A stretch of 64,000 bases of DNA from Candidatus Thorarchaeota archaeon (GTDB taxonomy: Archaea > Asgardarchaeota > Thorarchaeia > Thorarchaeales > Thorarchaeaceae). How positions within the stretch are numbered: the first letter of the stretch is position 1; each line of letters begins with the position of its first letter. The notes under the pieces were generated by a model. The model was not told the DNA's origin, made no database searches, and saw only the letters and a program-made list of their open reading frames with translations. Below, one piece after another: positions 20,901-29,744 of this stretch. The stretch lies in assembly GCA_020348985.1 (NCBI GenBank), contig CP070761.1, positions 1,043,713 through 1,107,712 of the forward strand, read 5' to 3'. A program made the position numbers and the translations under genes.

Positions 20901-21017
20901 ATGCGGTGTGAGGGTTGTGGAGCCTGTTGTGCAATCTGTCCGACTGGCGCCAGGGACCTCCGCTGGTGGAGAGAAAAGAGCCTCATTGATGAGATAGAGG
21001 AAATGCTGCAAGAGTAG
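17913..21017 (+). CDS. hdrA: Heterodisulfide reductase subunit A-like flavoprotein with two tandem FAD modules
   Basis: GAGMAG and GGGVSG Rossmann motifs, CSAC, inserted 2[4Fe-4S], CVGSR..CNRVCC and CSRVCC, internal RVGVFICHCG, C-terminal ferredoxin. ORF is open from 17877; the SD-supported start is 17910/17913. Confidence 0.9.
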   Translation: MVSEAAQKRELDMKPTDVVVIGAGMAGINAAIDLAEGGHHAHLIERSVNIGGNYIRVYKIFPMLECSACVMTPLTSYVGKHPNITIHALTEVEKVTGGKGNFSVQVRKKARYVDESKCTGCGLCVRSCPVEVPNEFDGGLSLRKAIYFNFPQQIPLIACIDRDACIGCGTCAGVCPQDCIIYDDEDRVYDIQAGSIVVATGFEEYEPVDYAEYGYGIFPNVVTSLQFDRQSHPTGPTDSHMVRPSDGKEPEKILFINCVGSRDVRENIEGYSEHCNRVCCSFGLKLAQVTRMHYPADHCDIIYTYMDMRTAGKALEEFLWDSEKNQDIDFIRGRVAEVSEDPDTHDLSVKIEDTETGEITEIEEISMVVLNASFRPSRGTEDLAKILKIDMDDSGYIRENHPNASALETTRAGIFVAGCAHGPKDGTDTVNEGKGAALAAHSILPVPIPPIPEEIPPAEISDEPRVGVFICHCGGIIGNEIDSPGLAQWASELPNVVYSTDYIFMCSDPGQELVAEAIREHKLNRVVVGSCSPLQHEETFRRALESAGLSRYYFVGPAGLREHLALVHADASQEERQKKAQDLIRSSVAKAVNSEIIPTESVEVTRTVMVVGGGVSGMTAALDISKKGFDVILVEKLDKLGGRLNELHNLFPQMKSAGEIVDEIVARVNSDKRITVLLNSKIVARDGSYGNYEISIENTKTGETGTHTVGSMVITVGTDTYEPRDGEYGYGEIPAVITSLELERKLRNGELKKPPKNPVFIHCVGSRQNPGEGNRYCSRVCCSAIMTMQHELKEMFPDIRVFSAYKEHIRPYANGMEEMWRENRQNGISYLRWVRENPVTVEKAAESDEAIVTVYDTLSQETLRIRSNMVVLATGLEAPKDVDELVKAMGINRGQDGFLAEMHMKYRPVDTTVPGVFVGVTYAKNMSDSVNQARAAASAATIPLNLGTVNIELECAEVDQDLCVGCDLCHYSEICPYDAISMIEVSPGVKKSVTDEMRCEGCGACCAICPTGARDLRWWREKSLIDEIEEMLQE

Positions 21018-21027
21018 GTGCATTGCT

Positions 21028-21591
21028 TTGGTGTCAATTGAGGGGCTCTACGCGGCCTGGCAGGTCCTCAACGACCTGCTCGGTGAATTACGAGAGAAGG
21101 ATGTCTTCATACCAAATATGACCTATGCGGATCTGCGAAACTCGAAAATGGTTCTAGAATACCTACGGTCGTTTGAGGAAGATATTCAACCTTCGGATCC
21201 AGACCAGCGCCTATGGACAGAAATGGAAACGAAGATGCACAGTCTTCGAGAGACCTTGATGGTGTGGGCAGAAGAGAAGGATGGCGAAGACTACCGTCAG
21301 AGTTGGGAAGAACGGTTCAAGAAGGCCCTACACGAAAAAACCTCAACGGCTCCTGTGGAACACAAGGTTGCAATCTCAGACATTCCTCGGGAGAAAGACG
21401 TTGGTTTCTTTAGAATTCGACTCCCCGAAGAGACACCTGTGGAGATTGTTTCTGAGATAGCTGAAGAATGTGGAGTGTTGATATCTCTCGATGGGGAGCG
21501 GCATCTTCAGGTCAGCGGAAAAAGGGATTGTGTCCGGGACGCAATGAAGAAGCTGGGCGAAGCTTTCTATGGCCAGAGCAAGCTCACATGA
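21028..21591 (+). CDS. DUF2096-like protein
   Basis: WQVLNDLL.EL...IP....DLR N-terminus resembles DUF2096; lies 10 nt after hdrA. Confidence 0.55.
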   Translation: MVSIEGLYAAWQVLNDLLGELREKDVFIPNMTYADLRNSKMVLEYLRSFEEDIQPSDPDQRLWTEMETKMHSLRETLMVWAEEKDGEDYRQSWEERFKKALHEKTSTAPVEHKVAISDIPREKDVGFFRIRLPEETPVEIVSEIAEECGVLISLDGERHLQVSGKRDCVRDAMKKLGEAFYGQSKLT

Positions 21592-21617
21592 CGAATAACT
21601 CAGAAATCACATTCAGG

Positions 21618-22493
21618 CTAGATACCAAGAATCTCAGATATTGGGTCAAGCGACACACGATTCATTTCAAATCCAAGGCGTTCTGGGTCCAGACCCATTG
21701 CCGCGCCAAGAACTTGAGTCACAAACAGCGCGGGCAGCTCAAGCGATTGACCTGAATCGTCGGTGAGTCCCAAGATCTGTACATCAAACTGTGTGTGACA
21801 TGCTGGGCAGTTTGTCACAACACAGTTGGCGTCGAATTTCTTTGCGTCAGCCATCTTCTCCCTGATGATGCTTGTTGCGACATCCTCGTTCGAGATGAGC
21901 AAGGGCGAACCACAGCATCTCAGTTTTAGGCTCCAAGGAACGCTTTTGGCTCCTGTTAGTTCGATTAGCTCGTCAACCTTTCTTGGGAGCTCAGGATCAT
22001 CAAATCCTGCGACTTTGCTCGGACGAAGCAGATGGCATCCCGGATGGAAGGCAACTCTAAGTCCATCTAATGGACGCTCGATCTTCGTGCTTATCTTGTC
22101 TTTCATTTCATAGAGGACTTCTACGAAGTGACGAATGTTGGTCTTTCCAGTGTATTCCAGGTCCAATGTTGACAATATCTTGTTCATCGCTTTCCGAAGA
22201 GGCTCGTTCTCATGTAGTACGTGGTCTACATCTTTCAGAGAGCCGAAACACCCGTTACATGGTGTGACTATGTCGTGGCCTCTCTTCTCAGCCAGCGCAA
22301 TGTTTCTGCCAGATGTTGTGACCCAGCTTGGCTCATCTATTGACTTGAGAACAATCGTTCCGCAACAAGATGCGCCCTCAAAGTCAATGAGCTTCACACC
22401 TAGAGATTCCGCAACAACCCTCATGCTACTCTCGTAGTTGTTGAATCGATTTGGAATGGCACAGCCCAAGAAGACTTCGTAACTCTGAGTCAT
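21618..22493 (-). CDS. hdrB: Heterodisulfide reductase subunit B (two CCG domains)
   Basis: FLGC, SCCG, TPCNGC, HPGCH, CCGS, NCPACH. Confidence 0.92.
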   Translation of the reverse strand: MTQSYEVFLGCAIPNRFNNYESSMRVVAESLGVKLIDFEGASCCGTIVLKSIDEPSWVTTSGRNIALAEKRGHDIVTPCNGCFGSLKDVDHVLHENEPLRKAMNKILSTLDLEYTGKTNIRHFVEVLYEMKDKISTKIERPLDGLRVAFHPGCHLLRPSKVAGFDDPELPRKVDELIELTGAKSVPWSLKLRCCGSPLLISNEDVATSIIREKMADAKKFDANCVVTNCPACHTQFDVQILGLTDDSGQSLELPALFVTQVLGAAMGLDPERLGFEMNRVSLDPISEILGI

Positions 22494-23012
22494 CTATTTC
22501 CCCTCCTGAAGCTTCAGAAGCCCTGTCTTCTTGAACATCTTCTTTGTATCCTCTACATTCAACTCTGGAACATCGTCAAGTCCCAGATCTTCTCGCTCCC
22601 ATTCAGTCGGAGGGTAGAGCCTGCCAGTGTCGTACAAGGACTGTGCAGCTGCAATGTAGCCGAGAGGTGCAATTCCCTTCTTGTAGGCCATGTTCTTCAG
22701 ACCAAAGAGAATGTCAGTTATCTCAATGGTTTGAGGACACCTCTCTTGGCAAGTGTAGCAAGTCGTGCATAGCCAGATCATGTCGGTCTGAAGGACTTCT
22801 TCAAGTCCAAAGAGCAACATGCGCATGACTTCATGAATTTGGATGTTTACCTTGTCGCTTACTGGGCAGCCTGCACTACACTTGGAGCATTGGAAACACG
22901 AGGTCAGGAGTTGGCCTCCGAGTATCTTGGTTATCTTCTTTGTAAACTCGGGGTCGAGGGTCTCAAACTTGGCTCCGTCGAATGTCTTGAACTGGCCCCA
23001 GGATTCTGTCAC
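22494..23012 (-). CDS. hdrC: Heterodisulfide reductase subunit C
   Basis: CFQCSKCSAGCP and WLCTTCYTCQERCP. Confidence 0.92.
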   Translation of the reverse strand: MTESWGQFKTFDGAKFETLDPEFTKKITKILGGQLLTSCFQCSKCSAGCPVSDKVNIQIHEVMRMLLFGLEEVLQTDMIWLCTTCYTCQERCPQTIEITDILFGLKNMAYKKGIAPLGYIAAAQSLYDTGRLYPPTEWEREDLGLDDVPELNVEDTKKMFKKTGLLKLQEGK

Positions 23013-23015
23013 GAT

Positions 23016-26000
23016 TTAGCTCCCTCCCTGCCTAAGCGGACTTGGCCCCAGTTTTTCAACAACTTCTGTGAGTTTCTTGACCGTCTCTGCGTATATGGGA
23101 CCTTCACTTGCGCTTATCTGCGTAAACTGAAGCCTGTCAGTTTCAAGACCCGCTTTCTCGATAATCTTCTTTGCAATCGAGTACCGACGTTCGAAGGTGA
23201 CATTACCATCAACATAATGGCAATCTCCAAAGTGGCATCCCGAAATCCAGACCATGTCCGCCCCCAGTCTGAACGCTTCTAGGATGTGGGTCACGCTGAC
23301 TCGACCGGTACACATCACTCTGATATCTCGAACTGTCGTTGGCTGCTGCAATCTCGCTACGCCAGCTGAGTCTGCACCGGCGTAGGTACACCAGTTGCAC
23401 ATTATCGTAAGAATTCTCAACTGATTGGGGGGGACCTCTTCCAGTGCATTTCGCACTTGGGCCATAATCTGGTCGTCGGTGAAGTGGCGCATTGTGATGG
23501 CCCCTGCCGGGCACCCTGCCGCACACTTACCACAGCCCTGGCACAACACGGCATTGGAAACTGCGTAATCGTGACTACCATCGCCCGGAATGACCTCAAT
23601 GGCATTGTAGGCACAGTTGATCTCACATGTTCCACAGCCAACACAGACCTCTGGGTCCACGACAGACACGATAGCCTCTGCTTTCCTAATGCCCTGAATA
23701 AGTGGGATTAGAGCTCTCATGGCGGCACCTTGACCCTGCACTATGGCCTCTGCTGTAGTCTTGGGTGCGGTTGCGGTTCCTGCTACAAAGACTCCGTCTG
23801 TCTGGAAGTCGACCGGACGAAGCTTAGGATGTGCCTCCATGAAGAATCCTGACATGTTGAGGGAAAGCTTGAACAGCTCAGAGACCTCTTTGTTCTGTTC
23901 CCTAGGAATCATGGCGGTTGCAAGTACAACATGGTCAACATCCAAAAGGAGCTCAGCACCGAGGACCTGGTCTCTGACTTTGACCGACAATGGTTTCTCT
24001 TTCTTTCCTTTCTTGACTTCGGGAGGCGAGTCACCATCGTATCGGATGAAGACCGCACCTTTTCTTCTGGCATCACCGTACCTATCTTCTCCATCGTAGG
24101 ACACTCTGAGGTCTCTGTAAAGGTGGAAGACTCTAGAGTTGGGATTCTTCTCCAATAGCTCTAGTGTATGTGTGACAGCAACAGTACAGCAGATTCCTGA
24201 ACACCAAGTCCTTGAACCTTCGAGTGATTCGTCTTCTCTGGAACCTGCGCAGTGAATAATCGCAAAGGTTTGACCGTCCTCGATTCCCTTTCCGTCAGCA
24301 ATCATGCGATTGAAATCAGAGGCAGTTATTACGTTTGGAATCTTCCCCAGACCAAATAGACCCTTTTCCCTAAGCTCTGTTGCACCGGTGGCAACGATAA
24401 CAACGCCGACCTTGAGCTCATGCTTATCTTTTCCTGACTTCACCACAATGTCGAAGTCCCCGATTGCACCTTTGGCCTCGACAACTTCGGAGTTCAACAG
24501 CAGCTCGATGTTGGGGTACTTCCTGATTCTGCTCTCAAGATCTTTGATAACCTCAGATGTTGATGTCTGGCCAATATTGACGGTACGGAGTTCATGCAAA
24601 AATCCCCCTAGCCAGTTGTCCTTCTCAACCAAGTACACTTTGAAGCCCTTGGCAGCGATTACTTCAGCGGCGGACATTCCGGCTACTCCGGCGCCGATGA
24701 CAAGAACAGTGGGCTCAATCTCTGCCACTGCTTCTTCCTGAGGCTCGAGAAGTGCAGAGCGAGCGACCGCCATCTTGACAAGGTCCATTGCCTTCAGAGT
24801 GGCTTCGTCTTTGGCGCTTTGATGAATCCATGAACAATGCTCTCTGATATTGGCCAGCTCGAACAGATACTTGTTGAGACCTGCTTCTTCGATTGTGGCC
24901 CTGAACAGAGGTTCATGAGTCCTAGGAGTGCAAGACGCGACTACGACTCTAGTCAGGCTATGTTCCTGAATTGCGTCCTTTATCACAACCTGTGCGTCGG
25001 ATGAGCATGAGTAGAGGAGATTCTCTGAGTGAACTACGTGAGGAAGACTAGATGCAAATTCTGTAACTTCCCCAACGTCAACGGTGCCTGCAATATTGGT
25101 GCCGCAAGAACAGACGAAAACCCCGATCCTTGGTTCGCCTGTCATCAATTCCAGGTCAGCTTCAGTCAATGCCTCTGTTGAAGTGGACACCTCGGGTGTT
25201 GCTATATCGAGCGCGGCGAGTGCAGCCGCAGCGCTTCCTTGTGCAACGGCGTCAGGAATGTCCTTTGGTCCTTGAACTGCGCCACACATGTGGATTCCGG
25301 GAACGCCCGTCTCTGAGTAGAGAAGGCTGTCTTGAGCTTGAACGAAGCCGTATTCGTCCTCTTTGAGTCCTAGCATATCATAGAGTTCCTTGTTCTTTGA
25401 CGGAACCATGGCAGGACAAAGGACGACGAGATCATAACGGTCCTCTAGGACTTCGTGCCCTTTTGCATCGCTATGTCTGATGATGAGGTCTCTTGTCTTT
25501 GGGTCTTCGAAGATTTCGCTCGGCAGACCCTTCACATAATTGATCGCATACTCGTTTTCACCGCGTACTAGGAACTCCTCAAACCCCTTCCCAAACGCCC
25601 TCATGTCATTATACAGGATGTCAATCTCAACCTCCGGCGTGTGCTCTTTCGTGATGATTGCCTCTTTAGTAGCATAAGTACAGCAGATTCTAGAGCAGTA
25701 CGCACAGTGCGACACGTCACGCGACCCCACACATTGGATAAACGCAATGTGATGCGGCTCTCTTCCTTCGGACGGCCGCATGACTACGCCTCCTGTCGGA
25801 CCACTCGCAGAGACCATCCTCTCGTACTCAAGCGCCGACACAACATTGGGAAATCGTCCGAAGCCGTATTCTGGAATTGATGAGGGATCGAGAAGGTCGT
25901 AGCCCGTGGCAACGATGATAGAACCGGCATCAATCACAACAGTCTCATCAGCGATGTCGAATATGATGGCCTCTGCTTTGCAGGTCTTGACACACGTCAT

Positions 26001-26477
26001 GCATTCTATGCAATTGTCCATGTCAATCGTTGCTATGTTTGGGACAGCTTGTGGAAACGGAATGTAAGCTGCTTTTCGCATTTTGAGTCCCATATCATAT
26101 TCGTTGGGAACCTCGATTGGACATACTCTCTCACAATCACCGCATCCAGTACACTTCTCTGCATCTACTCTCCGAGTTCGCTTCAGAACCTTGACTTTGA
26201 AGTCACCCTGACTCCCAGAAACTTCAGTGACCTCAGAATATGCCAGAATCTCTATGTTTCGATGGCGTGAACAGTCGACCATCCAAGGACCCTGTATGCA
26301 CATACTACAGTCCAAAGTCGGGAAGGTCTTGTCAAGCTGGGACATATGACCTCCTATTGATGGAAGTCGCTCGACAAGATTCACCTTGACACCCATGTCT
26401 GCAAGATCAAGAGCGGCACGCATTCCAGCTATGCCTGCGCCTATAATGACAACCGGCTTCGTTGCGGATTCTGCCAT
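23016..26477 (-). CDS. hdrA: Tandem HdrA fused to a C-terminal MvhD/FlpD domain
   Basis: LDKTFPTLDCSMC, CSRICC, RIGVFVCSCG, ANIREHCSW, second GAGVAG, ferredoxin, then MvhD motifs CNWCTY, RVMCTGRV, GCHFGDCHY, ISASEG. Start re-called to ATG 26477 after GGAGTGAG. Confidence 0.92.
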   Translation of the reverse strand: MAESATKPVVIIGAGIAGMRAALDLADMGVKVNLVERLPSIGGHMSQLDKTFPTLDCSMCIQGPWMVDCSRHRNIEILAYSEVTEVSGSQGDFKVKVLKRTRRVDAEKCTGCGDCERVCPIEVPNEYDMGLKMRKAAYIPFPQAVPNIATIDMDNCIECMTCVKTCKAEAIIFDIADETVVIDAGSIIVATGYDLLDPSSIPEYGFGRFPNVVSALEYERMVSASGPTGGVVMRPSEGREPHHIAFIQCVGSRDVSHCAYCSRICCTYATKEAIITKEHTPEVEIDILYNDMRAFGKGFEEFLVRGENEYAINYVKGLPSEIFEDPKTRDLIIRHSDAKGHEVLEDRYDLVVLCPAMVPSKNKELYDMLGLKEDEYGFVQAQDSLLYSETGVPGIHMCGAVQGPKDIPDAVAQGSAAAALAALDIATPEVSTSTEALTEADLELMTGEPRIGVFVCSCGTNIAGTVDVGEVTEFASSLPHVVHSENLLYSCSSDAQVVIKDAIQEHSLTRVVVASCTPRTHEPLFRATIEEAGLNKYLFELANIREHCSWIHQSAKDEATLKAMDLVKMAVARSALLEPQEEAVAEIEPTVLVIGAGVAGMSAAEVIAAKGFKVYLVEKDNWLGGFLHELRTVNIGQTSTSEVIKDLESRIRKYPNIELLLNSEVVEAKGAIGDFDIVVKSGKDKHELKVGVVIVATGATELREKGLFGLGKIPNVITASDFNRMIADGKGIEDGQTFAIIHCAGSREDESLEGSRTWCSGICCTVAVTHTLELLEKNPNSRVFHLYRDLRVSYDGEDRYGDARRKGAVFIRYDGDSPPEVKKGKKEKPLSVKVRDQVLGAELLLDVDHVVLATAMIPREQNKEVSELFKLSLNMSGFFMEAHPKLRPVDFQTDGVFVAGTATAPKTTAEAIVQGQGAAMRALIPLIQGIRKAEAIVSVVDPEVCVGCGTCEINCAYNAIEVIPGDGSHDYAVSNAVLCQGCGKCAAGCPAGAITMRHFTDDQIMAQVRNALEEVPPNQLRILTIMCNWCTYAGADSAGVARLQQPTTVRDIRVMCTGRVSVTHILEAFRLGADMVWISGCHFGDCHYVDGNVTFERRYSIAKKIIEKAGLETDRLQFTQISASEGPIYAETVKKLTEVVEKLGPSPLRQGGS

Positions 26478-26507
26478 ACTTCTGCTCACTCCGGGCCAAC
26501 TCGTCGC

Positions 26508-26541
26508 TGACACAAATCGTGTGATAAATCGTTTGATGTCA
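26508..26541 (-). promoter_or_regulatory. Putative promoter/operator of hdrA-mvhD-hdrCB
   Basis: Tandem 12-mers AAATCGTGTGAT/AAATCGTTTGAT bracketed by an inverted TGACA/TGTCA, overlapping a TTTATCA box on the minus strand. Confidence 0.4.
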
Positions 26542-26577
26542 CCATAAGCCACGATGTCGCTTAGGCGATAGGATGAA

Positions 26578-26859
26578 TCAGCTCGACAGCTGGGCCTGAA
26601 GTCTTCGGGTTCGGAGTTGGTACAGAATGTCAGCCAACATAATGAGGCCAACTGGAATCATCAGAGTAGGGATCCAAGGATTATACGGGATGGTCACTAC
26701 TGGGAACAAGATTATCCCTCCCGCAAGAAACCAGAAAACGAAAGCAACGATACAAAAGATGATTCTGCGTCGGTCATCTATGACAAGCAATCTGCTCAAA
26801 ACATAGACTGCGACAGCAACTCCATAGAGTATTGGGTCATAGGCTATGATAACAGTCAA
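26578..26859 (-). CDS. Small three-TM membrane protein
   Basis: Three hydrophobic segments with basic loops. Confidence 0.6.
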   Translation of the reverse strand: MTVIIAYDPILYGVAVAVYVLSRLLVIDDRRRIIFCIVAFVFWFLAGGIILFPVVTIPYNPWIPTLMIPVGLIMLADILYQLRTRRLQAQLSS

Positions 26860-27005
26860 TCCCGGCCGCCTTCATTGAGTCCACTTGTATAGTCCTGATA
26901 TGAACTTCTTTTCATATTAAGCAGATTACACGCATGGTTGACCACAGCATTTTCCGCTGAAATCACTTGATTCATGATGCAAATCCACAATTTGATTGGA
27001 CCAGT

Positions 27006-28355
27006 CTATCCAGATGTAACTCGTACGTTTTCAACTAATATGGTCGGTGAGACTGCCAATTCTGTGACTTCCACGTCTCCTCCAATTCTGACAATTTGTC
27101 TGAGAAGATCGACCGCATTGATGGAGAATATCGTATTGCTTAGAGGGTGTGCAATCTCACCATTCTCAATAAAGTGACCTTCCATAACAACAGCACTTAG
27201 GTCACCAGAAATACGGTCGGGACGGTCTGCAGAGAATCTGCACAGGACGCCTCTACGAATCTCGGAGATAAGTTCATCCTCCAAACCCTTTCCGGGAGTG
27301 ACCACAAGATTCGTTGAAGAGATACCTGGTTTGTCTCTATACGTATTACGACCTGCGTTGCCGGTGTTGACAACTCCTCCTTTGTTTGCAGTATAAGAAT
27401 CATGCAAGTAGCTCTCAAGAACTCCTTTACGGATCAGCGGGGTTTTACTCGAAGGAGTACCCTCTGCATCAAATGGGCATGAGTATATCCCACCCTCTTT
27501 AAGACCATCATCATATAGCGTCAGTCGATCTGATCCAATTTCGGTTCCTAGATGATCCTGAAGAAAAGACTGCTCACTCTGAACATTCGAGGCTTTCAAG
27601 GCTTCAGCTATGCCCATCTTCAGCAGAAAACCAAACGCTGTGGGAGATAGTACGACTGGCATTGTCCCGCTTTCCATTGGCTTTGCACCGAGCATGCCCA
27701 CTGATCTCTCTCCCGCGGTTCGGCCAATCTCTTCCGAATCGATTCCGGAAACTGAGCAGCTGTGTTGCTCATCGAAGCTATTCGCTTGGTCATGACCAGA
27801 CCTAATGGTGGCATCGAGCTCGAGACTCACAAGCGATGACCGCGCGAAGCAAGCTATCCCAAGCGAATTCGCTATAGCCCTTGAAGTGTCTGTGATTCGA
27901 AGATAGCCTGCAATCTTGGGGTTTCTTCCTTGTAACACATCTTGACATGCAGAAACAGCTCTGAGAATCAACTGTGATGCATCATCAGAGCTAGTGCTCT
28001 CTATCTTTGTATCGAAGAGTCCACGAATATCTGAGAAATGGTCACTCAGTTCAGGTAGACTCAGAAAGTGTTGATCGGGTGTTGCGACTTTGGCAAGACG
28101 AATAGAGGATTCAACGGCATTCAGAACATCTTTGCTATCTAGAGTAGTTACGTACGAATACCCAGTCTTTCTGTCCAAGAATGATCTAAGACCACAACCT
28201 CGATCGTTGTTAAGCGAAACGGACCGAACGATGCTGTCTTCAACTGTAATCTCAATTGATTTCCTGAGTTCGACAAACGCTTCCGCCTGGGTCACACCAT
28301 GCTTTTCTGCATGTTTGACAGCTAGTTCACCGACATTGAGCAACTCGTCTCTCAT
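27006..28355 (-). CDS. pmbA: PmbA/TldE family protein
   Basis: PFDAEGTP, GVLESYLHDSYTA, TGNAGR, ISSTNL, SGDLS; no HExxH. Confidence 0.9.
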   Translation of the reverse strand: MRDELLNVGELAVKHAEKHGVTQAEAFVELRKSIEITVEDSIVRSVSLNNDRGCGLRSFLDRKTGYSYVTTLDSKDVLNAVESSIRLAKVATPDQHFLSLPELSDHFSDIRGLFDTKIESTSSDDASQLILRAVSACQDVLQGRNPKIAGYLRITDTSRAIANSLGIACFARSSLVSLELDATIRSGHDQANSFDEQHSCSVSGIDSEEIGRTAGERSVGMLGAKPMESGTMPVVLSPTAFGFLLKMGIAEALKASNVQSEQSFLQDHLGTEIGSDRLTLYDDGLKEGGIYSCPFDAEGTPSSKTPLIRKGVLESYLHDSYTANKGGVVNTGNAGRNTYRDKPGISSTNLVVTPGKGLEDELISEIRRGVLCRFSADRPDRISGDLSAVVMEGHFIENGEIAHPLSNTIFSINAVDLLRQIVRIGGDVEVTELAVSPTILVENVRVTSG

Positions 28356-29744
28356 CTAAGCCCCTCCAACATTCATTTCCCGCAAACGTAGAGGAGGTCC
28401 GCCTGAAGTATCTGGAACATGCTGGGCGCTTTTACCGCAGGTCCCTGAATACAAATCTACGTCATTGCCGACAGCATCAATCTTCGAAAGGGTGTCTAGG
28501 TGCAGTCCCACCATTGACGCCCCATGAATCATTTGGCCAAGTTCACCATTCTCGATTTCATAGCCATGTGTAGACCTGAACATGAACTGCCCCTTGTCAG
28601 AAAGGGTATAACCACCCCCGACGCCGCACATCAACAGCCCAGTTTTCATGTCCGATATCATTTCGTCAAGGGTCCAATTGCCTGGTTCTACCAACGTAAC
28701 GCCCATTCTAGGGATTGGTTCGTACATAAAGGACTGAGACCTAGCGGCACCATTTGGCACCATGTCTAGTTGAGAAGAAGTGCCAAGTGTGTGGAGAAGC
28801 TCGTTCAGGATTCCCTTTTTGATGAGAACGCGTTTCTTTGATTTTGTCCCCTCCCAGTCGTACTCAAAAGATCCTCGCAGACCCTTTCTTGTTGGATCAT
28901 CGATGATAGTGATGTCCTCAATGCCAAGTCTTTGCTGGAATTTGTCTATGAAGACCGAGCCCTTCGATGTCCAGTTGTCAGCTTCACAAGCATGGCCAAA
29001 TGCTTCGTGTGCAAGGACACCAGTAAGATCAGGATCAATTATGATGTCCTGGACACCTCCTTTCGACTGCCTGGATTCCAAGAGCTTTGCTGCTAGAGAG
29101 GGTGCCTTTTGGGCTGATTCGAATGCGGCATCTCCAGAGACCACCTCGTATCCACCACTACCACCTAGGACGTCGAAGCCCCTGTGAGAACGGGCGCCCT
29201 TTCTCGCAATTGCGAAAACCTTCAACTGAGGCAATGAGAGACTCATTGCAACCTCTGTGCCGAACGAATTGGCAACAAACACGTCAACAGTCTGTTCGTC
29301 ATATGTTGTACGTGCCCTCACTATTGATTCATCAGTTGTGCTTGAGGTTTCATTCAGTTCCTTGAGAAAACCTACCTTCTCCTCCATTGATACTTCTCTC
29401 AAAGATGTCACAGTGGGATGGCTTGCTTTACCAGTAAATGTCGGTCCCTGCAACTCGAACTGATCTTTGACAGTCTTCGATGTCATTCTAGCAACTTGTG
29501 TCACCAATTTCCCGGCCTCAACCATTCCTCCGATTGTTAGGTCAGATGTTTGGGAGAAAGCCCAAGCGCCACCAAGAAAGGCCCTAAGTCCTGCGCCTCT
29601 GATAAGAGCACTTGACGCCTCCTTGACTTCACCATCAATCACCTCCAATCTGACTAACCTAGTTCTTTCGATCCTGATATCCGCGAATTCTGCACCTTCG
29701 TCCAATATTGTCTTGATGGCTTGAGTCGAGAGTTCTTCGTTCAT
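28356..29744 (-). CDS. tldD: TldD metalloprotease
   Basis: AHEAFGHACEAD, YDWEGT, NGAAR, PIPRM, CGKSAQ..P...GGP. Confidence 0.92.
   Translation of the reverse strand: MNEELSTQAIKTILDEGAEFADIRIERTRLVRLEVIDGEVKEASSALIRGAGLRAFLGGAWAFSQTSDLTIGGMVEAGKLVTQVARMTSKTVKDQFELQGPTFTGKASHPTVTSLREVSMEEKVGFLKELNETSSTTDESIVRARTTYDEQTVDVFVANSFGTEVAMSLSLPQLKVFAIARKGARSHRGFDVLGGSGGYEVVSGDAAFESAQKAPSLAAKLLESRQSKGGVQDIIIDPDLTGVLAHEAFGHACEADNWTSKGSVFIDKFQQRLGIEDITIIDDPTRKGLRGSFEYDWEGTKSKKRVLIKKGILNELLHTLGTSSQLDMVPNGAARSQSFMYEPIPRMGVTLVEPGNWTLDEMISDMKTGLLMCGVGGGYTLSDKGQFMFRSTHGYEIENGELGQMIHGASMVGLHLDTLSKIDAVGNDVDLYSGTCGKSAQHVPDTSGGPPLRLREMNVGGA

Noticed and set aside
17877-26477. Selenocysteine (TGA) recoding in HdrA/MvhD, as known in some Asgard archaea
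   Set aside because: Both ORFs are uninterrupted with Cys at all motif positions, and I saw no convincing SECIS-like element.
26478-26651. 58-aa N-terminal extension of HdrA in the ORF track
   Set aside because: It overlaps the upstream membrane gene and the promoter. An SD-supported ATG exists at 26477.
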